From positions 5,998,889-6,062,888 of the forward strand of contig OZ037772.1 of NCBI GenBank assembly GCA_964035545.1: a DNA stretch of 64,000 nucleotides. The letters are read 5' to 3'. Shown here piece by piece: positions 25,450 through 38,422 of the stretch; positions within the stretch are counted from its first letter, which is position 1, and each line of letters opens with the position of its first letter. Below the pieces are notes generated by a model. The model saw nothing but the letters and a program-made list of their open reading frames with translations, was not told the DNA's origin and searched no databases. A program made the position numbers and the translations under genes. This DNA is from Bugula neritina. Taxonomy: Eukaryota; Animalia; Bryozoa.

Positions 25450-28400
25450 GTGTAGATATCAAGGTGCCCGCCACCCGCGCAGGACCACGGCGGTGAAAGG
25501 TGACCATATCAAAGTGTGTAATATGCAACATTCATATAATTTGAGTATTATATTTTGTGTATATATCAATGTAGATATTAAATATATAAAATCTAGATGT
25601 TGTGCAGAGATCAATGCGGATGTTAATGTATATAACATCTAGGTATTGTGTAGAGATCAATGTAGATATTAACTTGTTTAGACTTCCAGCTCATTTATCA
25701 TTTTGACTATAATTGTTTCCTACTATTGATAGGATTTATAGTGACAGGTTTTCCTGTTTCAATTTGAATTTTGCCTTTTCTTGTGTTCAGTTTGTACTGT
25801 GCACTTGTGAATCATCTGTAGGCTGTTGCTGGGCTGTGAAAAGTTCTCAAGTTTATCAATTTGATTGAAAATCTCTCTAATTAATGTTGGTTGTTGGTTA
25901 ATAAATTAGATAGTAAAGAGTTTTTTTATTGATATGTTTATTTAATACCAATATTTAGTATAAACGTATGAAACTGTTCTATTCACTATGTTAGCACTGT
26001 CACCCTCCACAAGTACAATAACTATCTATTGAATTTATAATAATATATTATATTAATGAATCATGCGAAGCTCTTTCTACTGGGCTACTGATTTGGCTTT
26101 CCAGATAATGCTTTGAGTAACAATTCTTCCAGGTTGAGAATTTCTCCATAAGTGCGAGAGGTAAAGACCTGTTTGTCAACGCGTCACTCACCATAACCAA
26201 CCAGAGAAGGTACGGTCTAGTCGGTCCTAACGGTCATGGGAAGACAACTTTACTCAACCACATGGCTCAGAGAAAACTCAACATTCCTCCCAACATAGAC
26301 ATCTTACTGTGTGAACAGGGTGGGTGGAAGTGATGTCATACCGGGTCTGTTGTTCCGTTTGTCTGTTGTAATGCTTGAGCGCTTGATTTGTGTATTTCTT
26401 TGATTTCCTAAATGTTGTGAAGGTTTTCTAGTATTTTGGAAAAGCAACATTGGATTCAGTTATCTTTGTGTCTTTTGGTGTTTCAGTCCAACTTGTGCCT
26501 TTTTAGTTTTTGACTTTTATTAAACTTTGCTTACCAACTTAGCATGTATAAAATAGTGGCTTTAAATGATATTCAGTTGTAATTTTGCTCCAGTTCTCTC
26601 ATCATTTTTACTGTTGTTTGTTTTGAGTGAGCAGCAGTATTGAGTGGATGATTGTTAGAGAGGTGAATGCCACAAATTCCTAACAGTATTCACCTAATTT
26701 TGCTTGACACTCAGAAAATGTATAGTCTGCGTTAATTAGAAGTTAGTTAGAGTCGGTAAGTCTTCTTGTAGCAGCCAGCACTGTCCGTGTTGTGACTCAT
26801 CTCTCTCCATACTCTGACTCATCTCTCTCCATACTCTGACTCATCTTTATACTCTGACTCATCTCTATACTCTGACTCATCTCTCCCTAATCTGACTCAT
26901 CTCTCCATACTCTGACTCATCTCTATACTCTGACTCATCTCTATACTCCGACTCATCTCTATACTCTGACTCATCTCTCTCTATACTCTGACTCATCTCT
27001 ATACTCCGACTCATCTCTATACTCTGACTCATCTCTCTCTGTACTCTGACTCATTTCTATACTCTGACTCATTTCTCTCTGACTCTGTTTCTTTTAGAGG
27101 TGAGGGCAGACAACACGCCGGCTATTCTTGCCGTTCTCAACGCTGACAAGAAGCGTCTGGAGCTGCTGGAACTCGAGAAAACGCTGACGGTTGAGTTTGA
27201 AAACGGAAATGCTGATGCCGGCGCTAAACTTAAAGAGGTCAGCAGAAGCTCTATCGTTTGTAAACATGAGTTGATGTTAAAGTTGTTAGTGTAGAGCAGG
27301 GGTGGGTAACTGGGGGCCTCAGGGCCACCTGTGGCCTTTTGCCCGTTTTTCAGTGGCCCTTTTAATGCTTACGGTAAGTAAAATCTGTCATTTTTATTCT
27401 GGTTAGCACACTACATAGATTTGGTGACAAATTACTTTATTATAATAAAATTTATTGTGTGTACAATCATGTGACCCTTGGTTTTGGCTGACTTTTGACC
27501 TTGACCCTCGAGCAAAAGAAGTTGCCCACTCCTGGTGTAAAGGATACACTAAGTGCTCAGATACTGGGGAAAAACCATGTGTACATGTAAAACAGGAAGT
27601 GGGGGAGGGTACAGGAAGTGGGGGATATAGGAAGTGGGGAATACAGGAGGCTAGTGAGGAAGTCCACTTATACTGTTACAATATTATACTCTATTTCATG
27701 TTGCTCATCATGTTATATTTGTCACAATCAGCCAAGATCTGAGTGGTTTTGTGGTCGGGGGGGGGGGGAGGGCCAAGCCTGTAGTTGCTATCTGAGACTA
27801 GAATCTGTCGTCACTAATAGTTGAATAATTCTAGTAGCTGTAGAGATCTATGATGTGACTGTACTCCTGCTCTAACTCTGGTGATAGACACACGGTTTCC
27901 CTTCTCTCCTTTCACAATTTTTTCTATTATTAGAAAGTTTGGTAGTTGCTATTCTAATCAGCACTATGCTTTGTATGCTGAGAACGTGCATTTTCGAATA
28001 TAGCGAGAAACACAATTTCATGTCATTGAGTTTATCTTCTGTTACACACCTCTACACAATAAATGAATTCATTATTTCTCAGTATTCTCAAAATGCAAAT
28101 ATTTATGAAATACCATGACCCTTTAACTCAGCATTGTAATACAACTCATTGAGTTATATTATATTTCTCAGGTGTACGAAGAGATGAAGGCTACAGGTGT
28201 AGACGCGGCTGAACCGAAGGCACGTCGTATTCTCGCTGGTTTGGGGTTCACAAAGGAGATGCAAGAGAGACCCACCAAACAGTTCTCTGGAGGTTGGAGA
28301 ATGAGAGTGTCTCTAGCTAGGTGAGATATCAGTACCAGCTAGGTGAGACCTATCAGCTAGGTGAGATATTAGCACCAGCTAGGTGAGATATTAGTACTAG

Positions 28401-31400
28401 CTAGGTGAGATATTAGTACCAGTTAGGTGAGTTATTAGTATCAGCTAGGTGAGTTATTAGTACCAGCTAGGTGAGATATTAGTACCAGCTAGGTGAGTTA
28501 TTAGTACCAGCTAGGTGAGATATTAGTACCAGCTAGGTGAGATATTAGTACCAGCTAGGTGAGTTATTAGTACCAGCTAGGTAAGTTATTAGTACCAGCT
28601 AGGTGAGCTATTAGTATCAGCTAGGTGAGTTATTAGCGCCAGCTAGGTAAGTTATTAGTACCAGGTAGGTGAGTTATTAGTATCAGCTAGGTGAGTTATC
28701 AGTAACTGTATATATTCTCAGAGCCCTGTTCCTCGAGCCCACTCTGCTCCTATTGGACGAGCCGACCAATCACCTTGACCTCAACGCCGTTATCTGGTTG
28801 GACAACTACCTACAGAACTGGAAGAAGACTCTCCTCATCGTATCCCACGACCAGTCCTTCCTGGACAACGTCTGCACCGACATCATCCACCTCGACATGC
28901 AGAAACTCTTCTACTACAGAGGGAATTATGGTACGTCTCTCTCTCTAGCTCACAGCACCAACTCTCTGGTGCTTTGTACTGAACACTCTTGTGTTGGTGG
29001 TGGCGGTGGTGGTGGTGGTAGTGGCGGTGGTAGTAGTGATATTAAACTTGAGTGTGTTATGATATATTTATACAAGTCTAAGCAGAATTGAGTGATCAGT
29101 ACACTGGTAACAGCTGGTATTATATGTAATAGATGGCTATCCAGTGGTTATACGCTGGTGGTAATGTTTATGTTTCTACTATGTGGAATGAATACCATCG
29201 TGTCTTTCATCTGGTGTCACATTTAAGTCAAATTCGATGATTATATATTTCTGTGTATGCATTGTATCATATAAAGGACTGTAAGGGTTGATTACTATCT
29301 CTAAGTAATAATAAATTAATCTCAAATCACTGATAAACATATAGATTTGCCTAAAGGGAACCGTTATTTGTACTCTTGTAGTATTTCTCATAGTTTACAT
29401 ATTCAGGAGTTGTCTGCTACTCTGTCAGATCAAGTTATTTGGGAGTTGTCTACTTAATACTGAACTCATTATATTGACCTATGAATTATTCATATGCATG
29501 TTATTTGATATTCTCATTTCACTATTCAGAAAATCCAGTGTCAATATTTTGGTCTAATTTAAACTCTTTCATGAAATCTAATTGGAAATATTCTAAATCA
29601 AAGCTGTATTCAGTTGTTTTTCTTACTAATTTGAATATATTTGCCGGAGATGATGTGAAGTAAAACAGTTTGTTATAGCTGAGCTGCTGTGATAACTTGT
29701 AGCCTCCTTTAAGAAGATGTTCCAGCAGAAACGCAAGGAGCAGATAAAAGACTATGAGAAGCAAGAGAAGCGACTCCGGGAGATGAAAGCTAGTGGCAAG
29801 TCGTCTAGAGATGCCGTAAGTCTAGCCTGTAGTTCTGAGCTGGTTTGGGCGGGTGGGGTCTTCTAGTCCCCTTTTGATTAGTTGAATCTATGAAGTTGCC
29901 ACGAAGAGTTGTATTGTTGTAGATTTATTTTGTCTTTTAGCTTTGAAAATCCGGGGTTTTCTTACTCCACCCGCTCATCATTGAATTTGTTTTTCGTATT
30001 CATTCTATGCTAAGTGGATTCTGTAAATCTCACACCTGATATAAAGTGTCAGGAGACATTTAAGTGTCAATCATTCTCAATGCCTATGCCAGCAGGTGCT
30101 TGTTTGAGTTAACATTTGAAACTAACATTGAGCTCATTGCTGACAGAATATTATTAGAAATGCAGGAAAGCATTACAAATAGCTTATAACTTGAATAATA
30201 CTTGAGTAATACTTGAAGCATACTTGAGAGTAAGACTAAAATAACTTTGATTATAAACAGCAAAATAAGTACAGGCTGAAAAAAATGAAACTCTAACTCC
30301 TTAAACTTTTCAGTTTCCTTTCTCCAAAACAAAAGAGTTCAGTTTCTTGATATGAGTATAGTATAACTAATATAAGGTTTAGTTTTCTTATTTGCAATTT
30401 TTTTAAAAAGAATGGAATAAATAGAAAAATATATTTAATAGGTAGTATACAGATTAAATATATACAAAGTTAAGATTGACTGAAGCTGTAATAGACACGT
30501 TGCTATGTGCTAGAATAGTGGTGTACTGCATGCAGTTATAAGTGTGGTAGTTAGTCCTAGTGCCACTGCTAATAGCGACGTATTTATACTGTGTATTATC
30601 TCCCCTGTGTTACACTTGGTCGCTGTACAGTAGCAGTGCAGTGAACCCCCTATATCCCAGCACGCATCATCCCCCTTGTAACCGGGATAACTTGCTACTT
30701 CCGCCTCTTGGAGGCATTTCCTCGAACCTGAATGATACAGAACCTGAATGATGAATAATTTGAGTACAGTGCTCCCTCCATATCTCACGGTTACAGTTGT
30801 CACGATATCCCGTAGGTCACGGGAAGGGCTTGAACCCCGTTTTGTGGCTCATGTGTGTATAGAGACAAAATGGCTAAATTTAGCAGATCTGTGAGTTAAA
30901 TCTGGTATTCTACTATGTCACGAATTGAAGTTTCGGGACCCACAGCTTAGTGAGATACGGAGGGAGCACTGTATTGATAAGACAAAAGAAGATTTAATTA
31001 AAATGGAAGAGATAGTAAGCCTAGGGCCACACTGTGCGTATTTTCGCATGCGAAAATTGAAATCACAAGTAGCAAAGGTGTCCACTGTGCGCGTTGAGAA
31101 AACCTTCGCACTTGTCGTTCTGCATTCTCAACGCAAGTGCGAATCGTCTCTGTCGTCGTCACCTAATTGGCTGATGGTTATTCAGCGAGCCCAACTTCTT
31201 TGTTTTAGTGCTACATTCCAGTAAATTGCGTTTTATTAAAAGCGAGTGCGATTTAAAAATGAAAGCTTTATTTATCACGCATCACTGACGCTACAGTGGA
31301 CACCTTTGCTACTTGTGATTTCAATTTTCGCCTGCGAAAATACGCACCGTGTGGCCCTAGGCTAAGCCAATCAATGTAGTAATCATTGATTGGCTCACTA

Positions 31401-34400
31401 TCAATGATTACTACATTGATAGTAATCATTGTAGTAATCATTGATACACAATGATTACTTTAGGGGTGTAGCTAAAGTTACACCCCTGTAACTTTAGCTA
31501 CACCCCTAAAGTTACAGAGGTGTAGCTTTAGGCCTTTCTACACCCCTGTAATGGTACCCCCTCTAGCTACACCCCTGTAATAGTGCCTCTCTGTGCCCCC
31601 TCTAGCTACACCACTGTACCCCTCTACTTACACTCCTGTACCCCCTCTAGCTACACCACTGCTATATAGAGCTGCTCACCACTCGCTGCCGCCAGTCCCT
31701 CCTCATACGGCACGACGTTCTTGTAGCAGACGGTGCAGTTGGTCTTCAGGTTGTCTTTGTTGGCCTTGGCCTTAGCCTCGTTCTTACAGCCGGAGACCTG
31801 GTCCCAGTCGCACTCGTAGCAGGATATGATGCTGCCATATGACACACTGACTAGTAGTAGAACTAGGGCTAGACATATCTCCTCCTTCCCTCTCATCATT
31901 CTAAATTATATATTCAATAGCTGATATTGGAGATTGTAGGTAAAAACGTTAAATTTTCCCAAACCCAAAACTCAAACCCTTAAATCCCAAACCTAAACTC
32001 CATTCTAAACACCCAACCTCACCACAAAACCTAATTTTGAAAATGTGCCATTTTACCTACTTTTCCATTTGTGCCTTTATTACCTGTGCAATTTTTACCA
32101 GACACCGATGTGGGGAGAAGCTCTAATAAATGATATATTCAATATGGAAACTAGAATTATGTAGAGAAACTCTTAATTACTACTTTGTTTAGAGTTCTGT
32201 GCATAGCTTTCGTTCCATAGTAATACTCGTTTTGCATGGGTTCTGTATATGAGCTGGGAGTGTAGCATGTTGTGTCACTTCTTATTATTTACGTATCTGG
32301 TAGAACTGTGTTATGATAACTCCCAGCCCTACAACTCTCCCTTTAATGTGATTTTATCATTTAATATGATCAATTGGGAAAACAAAAATTCTATTGGAAT
32401 GTTCATCAAAGTGATGAGACTTCAAACACCCCACTCCAAGTCTTAGACTAACATTTATAAACTCAAGCTATGCAGAACTCAGTACTTCCCAGCAGCTATT
32501 GGTACAGTAATTCTTCTTATTTACCCACTTCACCATCTTAAACAACCTACTATCACACTGTCAGGCTATAACTGTTACAATGACAGAGTACAGAATAAGA
32601 TAATTCAACCCTATAATAATATATACCTGTATTATTCACTTTGCTGGTGCTGTGGTCTGTGGGTTTGAGTGGTACTTTTACTCACTTAGTCAGTGAGTAG
32701 TACTGACTAATAGTCAGTGAGTAGTACTGATTAACAGTGAGTGAGTGTTGCTAGTTGATGAGTTACTGGTTGCCTCACCTTGCTGCCCACCTATGCTATA
32801 GTCCAACACACACTAATAGTGTTATATAATTGTATTGATACTGCTACTATTGATTAATTTCACACAGTAGACCATGTGCTGTATTCAGCAGTATTGAACA
32901 TAACACAATCGTTTTAATTACTAGTTGATATCAATGTGAGCTGCTTTCAATGCTATTCTTTAGCCAACTAACTCCCCATTATTCTCTATTGTGTTCCCAG
33001 CCACTGTGTACTTGTATTTTGGAGTTGTCTTTCTTTTCTCTTCTACCGCATTGCATTGTGGAATGAGAATATTAGTTGATAATTACTGAACTTTACCAGA
33101 GAAATGCATGCATTCTATTGATTGGTTTGAAGTAGTAAATTTTTGAACTATTGAAGCATAAATCTAATATTTCATGGTGCCAAATTGGACAGATTTACTG
33201 GGGATGCAAATGCAGGAGTAGAAAATTATTAGCTAATAATATTTACTAACACGTGTGTTTATAGATATGGCTTTTGCTTTGCAGCTTGAATATAACTTTA
33301 GATATAAACACAAAGAGTGAGCAACTTAATCGATAGAAAGTAAAAATGTGAAATTGGAAATGGTGCTCACTAAATGGTAATCGACTAAGTAGATCAAATC
33401 TGTGCCAACTTTCCAAACTGACCATTCTGCATTTTGATCACTTGAAAACCACACATATCAGCTCACTTTTTCGGTCACTGTGGGAAATCCACTTTGACAT
33501 GTCTTTCTTAGTGATAATAGGACTTATTTACAGCTAATTTAGTTTTTCTCTACTATATTTTCTACACTGTATTTAGCCTGAGCACCTGGTATCATAGTCG
33601 TGTGTTGTGTGTCTCACAGGAGAAGAAGGCTAAGGAAGCCCTGACCAGGAAGCAAGAGAAGAATCGCTCCAAACAGAAAAGCGCCGAAGAAGATGCGAAA
33701 CCAACAGAATTGTTACAGAGACCTCGGGAGTACCTCGTCAAGTTTACGTTTCCTGAGCCACCGCCTCTTAACCCACCCGTACTCGGACTCTATGGTTAGT
33801 TTGTGGAACCACAGGCTATTCTCTTGCTAGTGCTTGTCTCTCTAGCCAATACTGCAGGCCTATGAGAGTTACCAGGACCTATAAAGCCGAATTCACTGCT
33901 ATTTTATGTAATGACAAATAGAAAGATGAGGTTGTAAGTCCTAATAGAATGAAAGCAGTTCCTGAAATCTTCTTGAAGTCAACTGCTAGCTTTTGGATAA
34001 ATTTAAGGAAATGGAGATCTTTCATGTCCATTAGCTCTGGTCTAATGTCTGATTTTTTCTCATGGCTTTTGCAAATATCGTTTAGCCTTAAATAGATAAA
34101 TTGTATTTAGTTATAAACAGTAATGTTTTTCTAGGGTAAAACTGTGTCCTCTACTATCTAGACATCAGTTTTACTGTTACACATGTGTGTGAGTGTTATT
34201 GATTCAATACTTTCGACTATACAGCATAAATTGTAATTGGAGCCCATGCTAGATTTCCATGTGGAAAACAGTGGCCAACAGTTCTGTAGAGCAGACAACT
34301 CTGTGTTGTGTTGCAGACGTAGACTTTGCGTATTCCGGACAACCTGCGCTGTTTAAGAAGGTGAACTTTGGCATAGACATGTCTTCCAGGGTCGCAATCG

Positions 34401-37400
34401 TCGGCCCTAACGGAGTGGGCAAGTCCACTCTCATCAAACTGCTGGTCGGGGATCTCACACCGGTAAGTTCTCAGTCTATGCCCCGCCTACTTCTGCCTAA
34501 CTGACAGGCATTATTGTTTTGTAACTTTTGATGGAAAACCTCATTCAGTAAAACATTTAGATTGGTCAAAATGCATTACTAGGTTGTGTACAGCTCAGTC
34601 ACAGTGTAATCACAGTGTAGTCACAGTAGAGTCACAGTAGAGTCACAGTGTAATCACAGTGTAGTCACAGTAGGTCACAGTGTATTCACAGTAGAGTCAC
34701 AGTAGAGTCACAGTGTAGTCACAGTAGAGTCACAGTGTAGTCACAGTGTAGTCACAGTAGAGTCACAGTGTATTCACAGTAGAGTCACAGTGTAGTCACA
34801 GTAGAGTCACAGTAGAGTCACAGTGTAGTCACAGTAGAGTCGCAGTGTAGTCACAGTAGAGTCACAGTGTATTCACAGTAGAGTCACAGTGTAGTCACAG
34901 TAGAGTCACAGTGTAGTCACAGTAGAGTCACAGTGTAGTCACAGTAGAGTCACAGTGTATTCACAGTAGAGTCACAGTGTAGTCACAGTAGAGTCACAGT
35001 GTAGTCACAGTAGAGTCACACTTACAGTTGAGTTTCAGCCAAGTATTTAGGCCGGGTTGTACATTCAGAGATAGCTTGCGGCATTCTTACTTCACTATTT
35101 GTTCTTTTTGATAAATAATTTAAATATATTTGATGTTTAAATATAAATTTGATAAATAATGTGTTCTGATAATAATTAGTAGGATATCTTAGTTTATATT
35201 ATATTTTATATTCTATATAATATATTAAAGTAAATAGCTGCAACCACTTCGCTGTGACTGCTAGCTTGTGGCCCTTTGCTCATTGAGTCACTCAAAACTG
35301 GTGGCGGCCCAATAGTTTGACTGTGTGGCGTAGAACTCAGGCTTCTGTTGCAGACGGCCGGTGAGATGAGGAAGAATCATCGTGTCCGCATCGGGAAGTA
35401 CGACCAGCACTCGGCAGATCAACTTGACCTTGACATTAGTCCCGTGGAGTATCTCGGGGTGAGTTTACTTGTCGTATCTTTCCGTTCCGTTATGAGTATG
35501 CTAAGTTCAGCTGAAATTTGACCCTTAAATTTGTACACTTGTGACAGTTGAAGGGAATTTGGTATCAAACAATAAGTATTCAGTGTTATTGGCCCTCATA
35601 GATCTGTATGAATGGTGCTATAAGCAGCGCGGAGTTAGGGGTCAATGAGTGCAATAGTTTAAGATTCTCGAGTTTTGAGTGAAACCCCCAACTCTAAACA
35701 TGGGAATCCCATGCTATGGCACCCAGTAACCCCTAGTTCGGAGCTGCCTATAGAATGATTCATAGGATTCAGTGACTTCTTTGACTCTCAAACTAAAGAA
35801 ACAACTCAGTTTTGTACAAAAAGCAAGTTTTTGACTTTTTCTCATAAATTCTATGCAATTTTGTATTTTTAGACATTGCCTTTGAGAATTAAGTTTATAA
35901 AAGATGTTACAGCTTTAAGCACTGCCAGTACCCAATAGCATGTCATAGATTTCCTACCATGTGTGTAGTTGTGCTCTCTCTGTAGAACAAATTCAACCTG
36001 GATTACCAGAAGGCCAGGAAAATGTTGGGCTCATTTGGGTTAGCAGGCCACGCCCACACCATACTGAACAGAGACCTGTCTGGGGGTCAAAGGGCAAGGG
36101 TCGCTCTGGCTGACCTCTCTTGCCGCGCTCCAGACGTGCTCGTCTTGGTAAGTGAATGGTTTACAGATTCAATATTAGTTTTAATTAAATGGTTTTTACT
36201 GCCATTTTGGATAAAATAAGAATCTGTTTGGTTTAGAAACTTTCTGAGTGCATTTCACTAAACTGAAAACATAATAAAATTACAACTAGTACAATTAATT
36301 GAATTAAAATAAAGTAAACTGACCCAACAAGTAAAATGAATTATACAGTAACCACTGTCATTTCTTCTGTTCCCAATTACACAGGTGTTGGTTTTGGAAG
36401 TTGGAATCCAAGATGTCTGTGATTAAATAGTTTATTATAAATAATACATAATATAATAAAATGAAGTTGTAATGGTGGTAGATAATGTATAATATATTCA
36501 CATGTATTTGGTAATTCTTTTTCCTAAACTCAAACTTGTTCAGCAAGACTACAGTGCCTGTTTTTCTCTAAGGAAGTCTTGTATTGTATAGCCTGTGATG
36601 TATAGCCTGTGATGTATAGCCTGTGATGCTGATTAATGCTACTCTCTTGTAGGATGAACCCACAAATAACCTTGACATTGAGTCTATAGACGCTTTAGCG
36701 GAGGCTATAAATAACTATAGCGGAGGTAGGGTTTACATTGTATGCCCCTTGCCCCATCTGTAACTCTGGATTTCTGTCTAACGGTGTACTAGTTAACTGC
36801 TGTGTGTGGAGAGATAACTCCAATCTTCTCAATTCACAATTTTATTTGGATTTCATGCAAACTTCAATTGTTTAATAGGCCTTCGTAGGAAGTGTTTTTT
36901 TTTATTTTATGGCAATCTTGAGTAGGTTTTTCTCGGAAAATATGCTCTATGTTCAAATAATTTCTAAGTTAGTGAATTTCTGAAGTGTTTCTGGAAAATG
37001 TCTTGGCTTTTCTTCCATGTTCAGTGCCCAAAATATCACAAAATTAAACTTTACTCATTTGAAAAAGTATTCCAGCAGTAAACATAATTGTGCATTAGAG
37101 GTAAAAATAGTATTAACATAAATATTACGAAACCAAATGTTTTTCCGGAAATTTTGTTTAATGTTCTTTGAGTATGTAATTAATCAGAGCTATTGTCATG
37201 TGATTGACTAGAAGGCTTATTATTTCTCATTTACTTAAATTGTCTCCAGAACTATAGTTTTGATGACTCATGTTTATAAAGCAAAACATTTCTCTTTAGT
37301 AGAATTAGTTAGACAGAAAACCCAAGTACAATTTGAAAATATTATACTGGAGATTCAAAAATTCTGCATTAAATGACCTTCATAGCATGTGGCCTCACTT

Positions 37401-37575
37401 CCTGTTTGTAGGCGTGATAATTGTGTCCCACGACGAGAGGTTGATACGAGAAGCCGAGTGCACCCTTTGGGTTGTCGAGTCTAAAAACATCTCCGAAATA
37501 GACGGAGATTTTGACGACTACAGAGCGGAGATTCTTGAAGCTCTGGGAGAAGAGGTCATGGCGAAGGCGGAGTGA
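22038..37575 (+). CDS. ABCF1: ATP-binding cassette subfamily F member 1 (ABC50), about 700 aa. 14 exons: 22038-22206, 24349-24488, 25160-25330, 26133-26319, 27098-27237, 28172-28320, 28722-28930, 29703-29815, 33620-33794, 34317-34462, 35354-35458, 35986-36147, 36653-36725, 37412-37575
   Basis: Charged N-terminus, then [25 protein letters not shown]1: [40 protein letters not shown]. Linker: [31 protein letters not shown]2: [32 protein letters not shown]. No TM domains. All phases are compatible (2103 nt including stop). Confidence 0.96.
25358..25446. repeat. (TA)n microsatellite just after the ABCF1 exon 3 donor
   Basis: Direct reading. Confidence 0.95.
26792..27088 (+). repeat. 18-22-bp pyrimidine-rich minisatellite (ACTCTGACTCATCTCTAT) abutting the ABCF1 exon 5 acceptor
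   Basis: About 15 copies, ending at ...gactctgtttcttttag|27098. Confidence 0.92.
27297..27534. mobile_element. hAT-type MITE
   Basis: TIR CAGGGGTGGGTAAC...GTTGCCCACTCCTG; near-perfect 8-bp TSD GTGTAGAG/GTGTAAAG. Confidence 0.8.
28315..28703 (+). repeat. 22-bp tandem repeat of the ABCF1 exon 6 donor (GTGAGATATTAGTACCAGCTAG), making up almost the whole intron 28321-28721
   Basis: About 17-18 copies, nearly all containing CTAG|GTRAG, the same as the true exon/intron junction. Confidence 0.95.
30510..31899 (-). CDS. Ly6/uPAR three-finger (quiver/sleepless-like) GPI-anchored protein, about 145 aa, nested antisense in ABCF1 intron 8. Exons: 31680-31899 and 30510-30727
   Basis: Signal peptide ([22 protein letters not shown]), then a 10-Cys pattern CYEC..C..CTVCYK..RKC..C..CYC....CN, then a hydrophobic C-terminal GPI-type tail ([32 protein letters not shown]). 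A phase-1 GT-AG intron joins the exons in frame. Confidence 0.88.
30767..30971. mobile_element. Tc1/mariner-type MITE (family A), intact
   Basis: TA|CAGTGCTCCCTCCATATCTCAC...GTGAGATACGGAGGGAGCACTG|TA. Confidence 0.9.
31019..31362. mobile_element. PIF/Harbinger-type MITE with about 70-bp TIRs and TAA TSD
   Basis: TAA|GCCTAGGGCCACACTGTGCGTATTTTCGCATGCGAAAATTGAAATCACAAGTAGCAAAGGTGTCCACTGT; the reverse complement ends GGCCCTAGGC|TAA. Confidence 0.9.
31370..31670. repeat. palindromic ATGTAGTAATCATTGAT cluster followed by a CTACACCCCT-type repeat cluster next to the Ly6 donor
   Basis: Direct and inverted short repeats read directly. Confidence 0.75.
34597..35020. repeat. 11-bp minisatellite alternating GTCACAGTAGA / GTCACAGTGTA
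   Basis: About 38 units, with a 22-bp higher-order alternation. Confidence 0.95.
35607..35764. mobile_element. small MITE-like element; related copy at about 39740-39865
   Basis: Imperfect TIR TATGAATGGTGCTATAAGCAGC / GAGCTGCCTATAGAATGATTCATA; shared CCCCAACTCT and CTCGAG core. Confidence 0.55.
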
Positions 37576-38422
37576 CTTCCTGTATTCGGGTTGGGATGTT
37601 TTGTGCTATATGATTGGTCGATTGTACTACTGGGTCAAAAGTTTCATCTACTGAGAATAAACTGGAATTCTATGAGAGAATGAGTCATGTTTGAGTTCGA
37701 GAATCGTTTACCAATCATTGATTCAGTCATTAAGTCATGTTTTTACTTTTATGCTACTGATCTGATTTATTTTGTAAATAAAATACAAAAATACATTCCT
37801 GCATTTCTTTTCTCTATGCAAGCATAACAATATATAATAATAATCAATGAGAAATTAAAATTCAATACAAATTGGATAATTGCGACCCATATTTTATTAA
37901 AAATGCATATAAAAATAGTGAATATAATATGATATAGTAGGACAATTATATACATACTATGGTATAAAATGATGTTAAGAAATATAATATATTATGACAA
38001 TTTCATAATAATTATGGTAGTATGTTGAACTGTGCAAACTACAGGGAAACCACGCAGAAGCTGTAAATAACTTTTCTACCACCAGCCAAATACAAACAAT
38101 TCATACATGGTATTTCCACTGTAGTTGCTGAGGTAGCCTTAGGTCAGGCAATATTTCAAGAGGTTGACTGTACCACAGGCTAGAGTGATTTAGTACACGG
38201 AGTATTTGCAGGTTGCGTATTCTCTAATTTACAGTTTGACGCTGGACTAAATTCCCTGCATTTATATGCTTTGGCACTCGACTAACTTTACAAAATAAAT
38301 TCCAAATAAGGAAATGATATTCATAGCCAAGTTCTTTAACTAAACTTGAAATAAATGTACTATTTAATTCTCACACATCTGCACTCTCTGACTTTGAAAG
38401 ACATCTCAAACCCCCTTTCCTC

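Noticed and set aside
28321-28703. CRISPR-like appearance of the regular 21-31-bp arrays (also 61920-62313 and 62948-64000)
   Set aside because: Units are head-to-tail with no unique spacers, there are no cas genes, and the context is spliceosomal eukaryotic genes.
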